A DNA stretch of 64,000 nucleotides from the NCBI GenBank assembly GCA_045598165.1, contig JAZLLN010000088.1, forward strand, positions 56,588 to 120,587, in the 5' to 3' direction. The position numbers were made by a program, and so were the translations under genes. The notes below the pieces were generated by a model. That model did not search any database. It was given only the letters and a program-made list of their open reading frames with translations, and was not told where the DNA came from. Origin of the DNA: Candidatus Cryptobacteroides sp. (GTDB taxonomy: Bacteria; Bacteroidota; Bacteroidia; Bacteroidales; UBA932). Of the stretch, positions 58,310-64,000 are shown one piece after another (positions within the stretch are counted from its first letter, which is position 1; every line of letters starts with the position of its first letter).

Positions 58310-59452
58310 TCATTCGAGAGCAAAACTGATTTCAACGTCTCCGAAACGGCCGGAGACTATGTCCGCCTCCTGGAAAAAGGTCGCTGCAAGCTGTCCCCTC
58401 CACACGATGTCATCCTTGTCGTGATAGGGAATGTCGAGGTCGAAACCATAGCTTTTGGACTGGATTTTCACCGTGGCGGAACATTTCCAGCTGGTTGTGG
58501 TCCCGCCGTCATCCTCTGTCACGAGGAAAGCCAGCATATCCAGCTGATTTGAGAAATCGGACAGCATAATTGTATTGAAGGGAATGTCTTTCCCCTTTTC
58601 GCTTCGTCTGATTACAATCATGAAGTCTGTGACGGAAGGGTTGTAAAGCCGCATCTCCGCCTCCGTGCTCGCCGTGAACCTGTCGACAGTTCCCAGCTTG
58701 ACGAAGAATTCACTTGCCCCGCCGAACCAGCTGTCATAATTTCTCAACATTTTAAAGGACTTGAGAAGGAGTTTCCTCGTAATGCCTTTGGTTTCAGGGA
58801 TGATGCCGCCTTTGGAGTATAGTTCCAGGGGAGTGAAGGCGCTGTCATCATTCGTGTTCACCACCCAGACAGGGCGTTTCATGGCTACAGCTTCGTCAAC
58901 GAATACGGAATCGACCACTCTGATGCCGTTTCCGGTCCGTATCATTTCGTAGCCATAGTTTGATTCGGCACCATAACCGGGGTCGAAGGTGATGATGGGA
59001 AGGGTCTCCCCGTCCCAGTTCTCCGAGAAAGGACAATAAAGTTGAAATCCGCTGGATTCAAGCCTGTTTATGTAATCCTCCACATCGGAGATTCCGGATT
59101 TGGTAGCGCGTGTGCTTTCAAGGTGCTCCCTGATAAGGTCACGAAGTGGATGGGCGTAGGAAGAGCGGCTTTCAGCTCTGGTCTTAAGGTCATCTCCCAC
59201 ACCACAGCCCGGAGATTCGAAGATATCCCTGACCAGGTATTCCTCGTCATATCCGTTCCCGGCGGAGGCGCCGGCAGCATTGTAAACTTCTTGCAGATGT
59301 TCTTTTTCCAGAGGCAGTTCGGAGAGAATCTTTGCCACGGACCGGAGAGTTATTTCCTCCGTAGGATACCTGTCCGGTTTTTCCACAATTGAGGTTCTGT
59401 TGCAGGCTGCAAGGAAAAGAGAAGCGGCCAGAATCAAACATACTTTTTCCAT
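58310..59452 (-). CDS. Hypothetical lipoprotein
   Basis: Lipobox LAAC after a hydrophobic core; long ORF; no assignable family. Confidence 0.7.
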   Translation of the reverse strand: MEKVCLILAASLFLAACNRTSIVEKPDRYPTEEITLRSVAKILSELPLEKEHLQEVYNAAGASAGNGYDEEYLVRDIFESPGCGVGDDLKTRAESRSSYAHPLRDLIREHLESTRATKSGISDVEDYINRLESSGFQLYCPFSENWDGETLPIITFDPGYGAESNYGYEMIRTGNGIRVVDSVFVDEAVAMKRPVWVVNTNDDSAFTPLELYSKGGIIPETKGITRKLLLKSFKMLRNYDSWFGGASEFFVKLGTVDRFTASTEAEMRLYNPSVTDFMIVIRRSEKGKDIPFNTIMLSDFSNQLDMLAFLVTEDDGGTTTSWKCSATVKIQSKSYGFDLDIPYHDKDDIVWRGQLAATFFQEADIVSGRFGDVEISFALE

Positions 59453-59510
59453 AACGGCATTTTTCTGCAAAGTGACGCAGAATCATCCGTTTGTCCCAAA
59501 AAGCAAACGT

Positions 59511-60347
59511 TTAATTTCCTTTTCTGAACTTCACGAAGCGGTCCTTGCCAGCCAAGTCCTTTTCAATCAGGATATTGTGAAATCCCGCTTGAGAGAAAAT
59601 CTCTGCCGTTGCAGCTCCGTAATCTTCATTGATTTCAACGATTCCCGACCCTTCTTCCGCGAGGAGCCGCTTAGCCCAGAGGGCGACCGCCCGATAGAAC
59701 AGCAAAGGATCCTCGTCGGGGACGAACAGGGCTGATGACGGCTCATAGTCGGTAACGTTAGGCCTCATTGCGGTTTTTTCGGAGTTGCAGATGTACGGTG
59801 GGTTGGCGGTGATGAGATCAAACGGCCCGCAGAAAGGAGCTTCCTTCAGAATATCAGCTTCAATGAAGGCGGGACCGGGTCCATCGAATTGCTCGGACGC
59901 AATTTCCAGGGCCTCCCGTGAAATGTCAACCGCACTGACATGGGCGCCCGGAATATCCTTGTAAAGGGTCCATGCTATACAGCCGGAGCCGGTGCAAAGG
60001 TCAAGAATCCTGGGTTCAGAGACTCCTCTGAGCAGACTTTCCGCTTGTTCTACAAGAAGTTCCGTTTCCGGTCTTGGAATCAGGACTCCGGGACGGACAT
60101 TGAACTTTCTTCCGCAGAAATAAGCCTCACCCAAAACGTATTGAACGGGTTCCCATCGTGCCAGCCGCCGTATATCTTCTGAAGCCAGGCCCTCATCAAT
60201 CTGAAGGTCCGGATGCAGGATGTGGGTGTATTTTTCCGTTCCGAACCTCTTCTGGCAGACAAGAAGAACAATATCCCCGGCTTCTTCGCGGGGATATTGA
60301 GTCTCAAGGGCAGATGTGCTCTCGCGGATGAAATCTGCGAGACGCAT
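59511..60347 (-). CDS. prmC: Release-factor glutamine methyltransferase
   Basis: EPVQYVLG, VLIPRPETE, LDLCTGSGCI, ANPPYI, EP..ALF. Confidence 0.95.
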   Translation of the reverse strand: MRLADFIRESTSALETQYPREEAGDIVLLVCQKRFGTEKYTHILHPDLQIDEGLASEDIRRLARWEPVQYVLGEAYFCGRKFNVRPGVLIPRPETELLVEQAESLLRGVSEPRILDLCTGSGCIAWTLYKDIPGAHVSAVDISREALEIASEQFDGPGPAFIEADILKEAPFCGPFDLITANPPYICNSEKTAMRPNVTDYEPSSALFVPDEDPLLFYRAVALWAKRLLAEEGSGIVEINEDYGAATAEIFSQAGFHNILIEKDLAGKDRFVKFRKGN

Positions 60348-61367
60348 TTATGAGTTTTCTATGATTGTACTCAGGAAATCGGTGATGTCAAGTCCTGCGG
60401 TGCGTACCATTTTCGGCACCAGGGAGGCGCTTGTCATACCCGGGATAGTGTTGACTTCCAGGAAATAAAGGCCGTTTTCCGTAAGAATGTAGTCCATCCT
60501 TACGACTCCCGCACAACCGAGGAAATTGTAAATCATTTTCGTGGTGCTGCTTACGAGTTCCGCTTCCGGTCCCGAAATTTCAGCGGGGCACACCTCATTG
60601 CTGTGTCCGTTGTATTTCGCATCATAGTCGAAGTACTCGTTGTCGGTGATGATCTCGATTATGGGCAGGGTTTTTATTTCCTTTCCGTCAAAAAAGGCGG
60701 CGCAGGTAAGTTCCCGGCCGTGGACTCCCTGTTCAATGAGAACGGCGGGACCTTCGGAGAAGGCAAATTCAACGGCTCTCTGGAGGTCTTCGGCTTTCTT
60801 GACCATGGTTACACCGAAGCTGGATCCGCCGATGGTCGGTTTGACGAATACGGGGAACTGCAATTTTCCGGAAGCCTCCTTGCATACGGCGGCAACGTCT
60901 GATGAGCCCTTGCGGACAAGTGCATCGGGAGCGCATTTCACTATTCCGAGGTCCCGGATATAACTTTTGCAGGCATATTTGTCGAATGCGATGGTGGAGA
61001 CGGAGGCGTTGCAGGTGCTGAACGGTATCCCAAGAATCTCAAGATAGCCCTGAAGTTCTCCGCTTTCGCCGGGGGCTCCGTGCTGCACGATGTAGGCGTA
61101 GTCGAAGTTCACCTTTTCACCCAGGATGCTGATGGAGAAATCCGTTTTGTCAACTTCAGGGCGGGAGCCTTCGGGGAAGGTAACCCTCATCGCATTCTTC
61201 TTCTTGAAAGCGACAAGCTGCCAGCGTCCGAAGCGGGCGAAAATTTCATAAACGTCATATTCGTTGCCGTCAATCCGGGAGGCGACGAACTCACCGCTGC
61301 GGCAGGAGACTTCCCATTCGGAGGAATCGCTGCCGTAAATAACTGCAATTGAACTGTATTTTCCCAT
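60348..61367 (-). CDS. ddl: D-alanine--D-alanine ligase
   Basis: GSDSSEWEVS, HGAPGESG, FDKY, KPTIGGSSFGV, YFDYDAKY, EVNTIPGMT. Confidence 0.93.
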   Translation of the reverse strand: MGKYSSIAVIYGSDSSEWEVSCRSGEFVASRIDGNEYDVYEIFARFGRWQLVAFKKKNAMRVTFPEGSRPEVDKTDFSISILGEKVNFDYAYIVQHGAPGESGELQGYLEILGIPFSTCNASVSTIAFDKYACKSYIRDLGIVKCAPDALVRKGSSDVAAVCKEASGKLQFPVFVKPTIGGSSFGVTMVKKAEDLQRAVEFAFSEGPAVLIEQGVHGRELTCAAFFDGKEIKTLPIIEIITDNEYFDYDAKYNGHSNEVCPAEISGPEAELVSSTTKMIYNFLGCAGVVRMDYILTENGLYFLEVNTIPGMTSASLVPKMVRTAGLDITDFLSTIIENS

Positions 61368-61368
61368 A

Positions 61369-63732
61369 TCAGTCGAAATAATACTGGTCTTGTGTCAGAT
61401 TTGAATCCGTATCGAATATGTCTCCTCCCTCGCAGTTGAGATCCAAAGAGAATCCCGCAGGGGCCGAGAATTTGTCTTCTTCACTGAATATTCCCGAATT
61501 CAGACATTTGGTCATGAAGATTCCCCAAATGGGGAGGGCCATATTGGAACCGCCACCCAGGGCAAGGGATTCGAAGTGGACCTGACGGTCTTCTCCTCCC
61601 ACCCAGATACCTGCCGTGATGCTCGGGGTGTAACCTATGAACCAGCCGTCGGAATTGTCGTTGGTGGTGCCGGTCTTGCCCGCAATCTCCCCTTTCAGCC
61701 CATACTTCCCCCTCAATCTGGATCCTGTACCGTTATTGACGACTCCTTCCATGAGATTAACCATCAGGAACGCAGTCCTCTCGCTCAGGGCCTCCCTCTT
61801 TTTGTTGGTGAATTCCGACAGTACGTTGCCCTGGTTGTCTTCAATCCGGGTTACGAACAGGGGCGAAACATAAACGCCTTTGGAGGGGAAGGTATTGTAG
61901 GCGGAAACCATTTCAAGGGGAGAAAGGTCTGCAGGGCCTACACAAAGGGAATAAACTTCGTCAATATGGCTCTGGATGCCCATTTTTCTCATCATCTGAG
62001 CCATGGCCTGAGGGCCGAACTGTCCCATCAGGTAAGCCGATATGTTGTTGGAACTATGGGTAAGGCCCCATTTCAAAGTTACCGTACGGCCTATCCATTC
62101 CTCCTTGTCCGTACTTCTGGGCGTCCAGGTGGTGCTGTCGGCGAGGGCGAAGGTCTGAGGAACGTTCACAACCTTGTGACAGGGGCTCATGCCTTCCTGC
62201 ATTGCCAGAGTGTAGAGGAAAGGCTTGATGGTGGATCCGACCTGCCTTTTGCCCTGACTTACGTTGTCATATTTGAAATAACGGTAGTTCGGACCTCCCA
62301 CGTACGCCTTCAGATGGCCGGAGGAAGGTTCGATTGCCACAAAGGCGGATCTCAGGATGCTCTTGTAGTAGCGGATGGAGTCATTGGGCGTCATCACGGT
62401 GTCGATGTGTCCCTTGCTGTTCCAGGAGAAAACACGCATTTTCACGGGCTTGTCGAACTGGGCCAGAATCTCCGCCTCAGGAACACCTTCCTTCCTTGCC
62501 ATGCGGTATCGGTCGCTCCACCGACGGGCATTGCTCATCAGGATATCGACGGTGGACTGCTCCACGCTGTTGGAGAAAGGCCTGTTTTTCTTCCATTTCA
62601 CTTCCCGTTCGAACGCTTTCTGGAGATCTTTTCCAAGGTGCTCGGCCACGGCTTCTTCCGCGAACTTCTGCATCTTGTAGTTTATGGTGGTATAGATTCT
62701 CAGCCCGTCCTTGTCCAGGTTGTATTTTTCCCCGTTGGCCTTCTTGTTCTTGTTCAGCCATCCGTAGAGGTCGTCCTGGACCCATTTGAGGGAGTCGGCG
62801 GAATAATCCTCCACTGTAGCGTATTTTGTTCTGCGCGGTTTCTCGGCATTCATATAGCGACGGAGCATATCGCGGAAATAGGGCCCTGCACCGGAGTTGT
62901 GGTCCTGTACCTGATATTTCTCCACTCCTAGAGGAAGCAGACAAAGTGAATCGGCCTCCTGCTTTGTGAGGAAATTGTTTTTCTCCATCCTCCCTATCAC
63001 GAAATTCCTTCTGGCGAGAGACCGTTCCGGATTCAGCACGGGATTGTATCTGGTAGGCTTGTTCACCATTCCGATAAGTGTGGCCGCCTCTTCCACCGTG
63101 AGGTCTGCGGGTTCCTTTGCAAAGAAGGTTTCGGATGCCGCCCTGATACCGTAGGCCCCGCTGCCGAAGAATACGGAATTGAGATACATGTCCAGTATCT
63201 CATCCTTGGTATAGTTCCTTTCCAGCTTGACTGCCGTAATCCATTCCTTGAGTTTTGTCCATACCATCACGATACTCGCCCATCCCGGGATTTTGCTTTT
63301 CACTTCCCGCCGGGGATAAAGGGTCTTGGCGAGCTGCTGGGTGATGGTGGATCCTCCTCCCTGGCTGGAATCGTGCATCAGCAGGGTCTTGACAAAGACT
63401 CTGGCCAGACCTTTCGTGTCGATTCCGGAATGCTTGTAGAAACGGGAATCTTCCGTAGATACCGCCGCGTGTATGAGGTTGGGAGACAACTCTTCATAAG
63501 GCACATAGGTGCGGTTCTCGATGTGGAAGGTGGACAGGACCATGCTTCCGTCATCAGCGATAATCTGGGTGGCCAGTTTATTGTCGGGATGTTCCAGTTC
63601 TTCGAATGAAGGGATGCGGGCGAACATCCAGACCAGCAGGAGGAGCAGAAATATTACAGCAAAGGGAGCTGTCAATATTATCCAGAACCATTTGGTTATC
63701 TTTTTTTTTGTCTCGTCAGTCATCACGATCAT
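61369..63732 (-). CDS. mrcA: Class A penicillin-binding protein (PBP1A)
   Basis: STEDSRFYKHSG, GGGSTITQQLAK, KLKEW, YLN, SxxK (STIK), SxN (SSN), KTG. Start uncertain (63723-63753). Confidence 0.92.
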   Translation of the reverse strand: MIVMTDETKKKITKWFWIILTAPFAVIFLLLLLVWMFARIPSFEELEHPDNKLATQIIADDGSMVLSTFHIENRTYVPYEELSPNLIHAAVSTEDSRFYKHSGIDTKGLARVFVKTLLMHDSSQGGGSTITQQLAKTLYPRREVKSKIPGWASIVMVWTKLKEWITAVKLERNYTKDEILDMYLNSVFFGSGAYGIRAASETFFAKEPADLTVEEAATLIGMVNKPTRYNPVLNPERSLARRNFVIGRMEKNNFLTKQEADSLCLLPLGVEKYQVQDHNSGAGPYFRDMLRRYMNAEKPRRTKYATVEDYSADSLKWVQDDLYGWLNKNKKANGEKYNLDKDGLRIYTTINYKMQKFAEEAVAEHLGKDLQKAFEREVKWKKNRPFSNSVEQSTVDILMSNARRWSDRYRMARKEGVPEAEILAQFDKPVKMRVFSWNSKGHIDTVMTPNDSIRYYKSILRSAFVAIEPSSGHLKAYVGGPNYRYFKYDNVSQGKRQVGSTIKPFLYTLAMQEGMSPCHKVVNVPQTFALADSTTWTPRSTDKEEWIGRTVTLKWGLTHSSNNISAYLMGQFGPQAMAQMMRKMGIQSHIDEVYSLCVGPADLSPLEMVSAYNTFPSKGVYVSPLFVTRIEDNQGNVLSEFTNKKREALSERTAFLMVNLMEGVVNNGTGSRLRGKYGLKGEIAGKTGTTNDNSDGWFIGYTPSITAGIWVGGEDRQVHFESLALGGGSNMALPIWGIFMTKCLNSGIFSEEDKFSAPAGFSLDLNCEGGDIFDTDSNLTQDQYYFD

Positions 63733-63814
63733 ATTTTTGCCAAAATTACTCATTAAATTTTGAAAAATTCCGAGTTTGTGTTTTTCTTTGCAGACGGAAA
63801 CAAAAAAATCAGGT

Positions 63815-64000
63815 ATGGCGGGAAAGCTTGTGATAGTGGAGTCTCCACATAAAGCTAAGCAGATTCAGGGATATTTAGGCAAGGATTATACGGTCAGAGC
63901 CAGTCAGGGCCATGTCAGAGACCTGCAGGAAAAGGCTTTGAGCATAGATCTGGAGAACGGCTTCAATCCGGAATATACCGTGTCCCCCGGAAAGGAAAAG
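63815..64000 (+). CDS. topA: DNA topoisomerase I, N-terminal TOPRIM part (truncated by the window end)
   Basis: Manual translation MAGKLVIVESPHKAKQIQGYLGKDYTVRASQGHVRDL; not in the ORF track because there is no stop before the window end. Confidence 0.93.
   Translation, partial: MAGKLVIVESPHKAKQIQGYLGKDYTVRASQGHVRDLQEKALSIDLENGFNPEYTVSPGKEK

Noticed and set aside
60348-61367. ddl as a possible D-Ala-D-Lac (glycopeptide-resistance) ligase
   Set aside because: Omega loop reads YFDYDAKY (Tyr type), and there are no vanH/vanX neighbours.
61576-62931. 451-aa plus-strand ORF
   Set aside because: Antisense shadow of PBP1A; no independent evidence.
1-64000. tRNA, rRNA, riboswitch (e.g. TPP near the ThiL-like or NMT1 genes) and CRISPR arrays
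   Set aside because: Intergenic spaces are too short or lack the motifs; nothing recognisable by eye. An Infernal/Rfam scan would be the definitive test.

Overview
A 64-kb stretch of a Bacteroidales-type chromosome, inferred from recurrent TAnnTTTG -7 promoters, dimeric-type GlyRS, fused SecDF and the coaX-OMP-TPR-lptC-ppiD gene order. It has about 53 densely packed CDSs, mostly housekeeping (galK, ychF, mfd, ruvA/B, frdAB, hflX, ybeY, mnmG, sufSE, glyS, dnaE, secDF, nadE, fabG, prmC, ddl, PBP1A, start of topA). I found no tRNA, rRNA, CRISPR array, integrase or transposase. Three things stand out. (1) A translationally coupled 7-gene signalling operon (49328-55384): small alarmone synthetase, small alarmone hydrolase, RsbW-like kinase, STAS protein, Cys-based (PTP-type) phosphatase, orphan NMT1/THI5 binding protein and a dCache-HAMP-PP2C sensor phosphatase. 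No sigma factor is present, so this is a candidate ligand-sensing partner switch wired to (p)ppGpp metabolism. (2) The window appears to span the replication origin: GC skew and gene orientation flip near an AT-rich 17.3-17.56 kb spacer with repeated TT(A/T)TNAACA 9-mers, and two perfect parS palindromes lie in and next to mnmG. (3) Two intact but catalytically degenerate cofactor-kinase homologues (CoaX-like and ThiL-like) are present. All annotations come from reading motifs by eye; no database searches were run.
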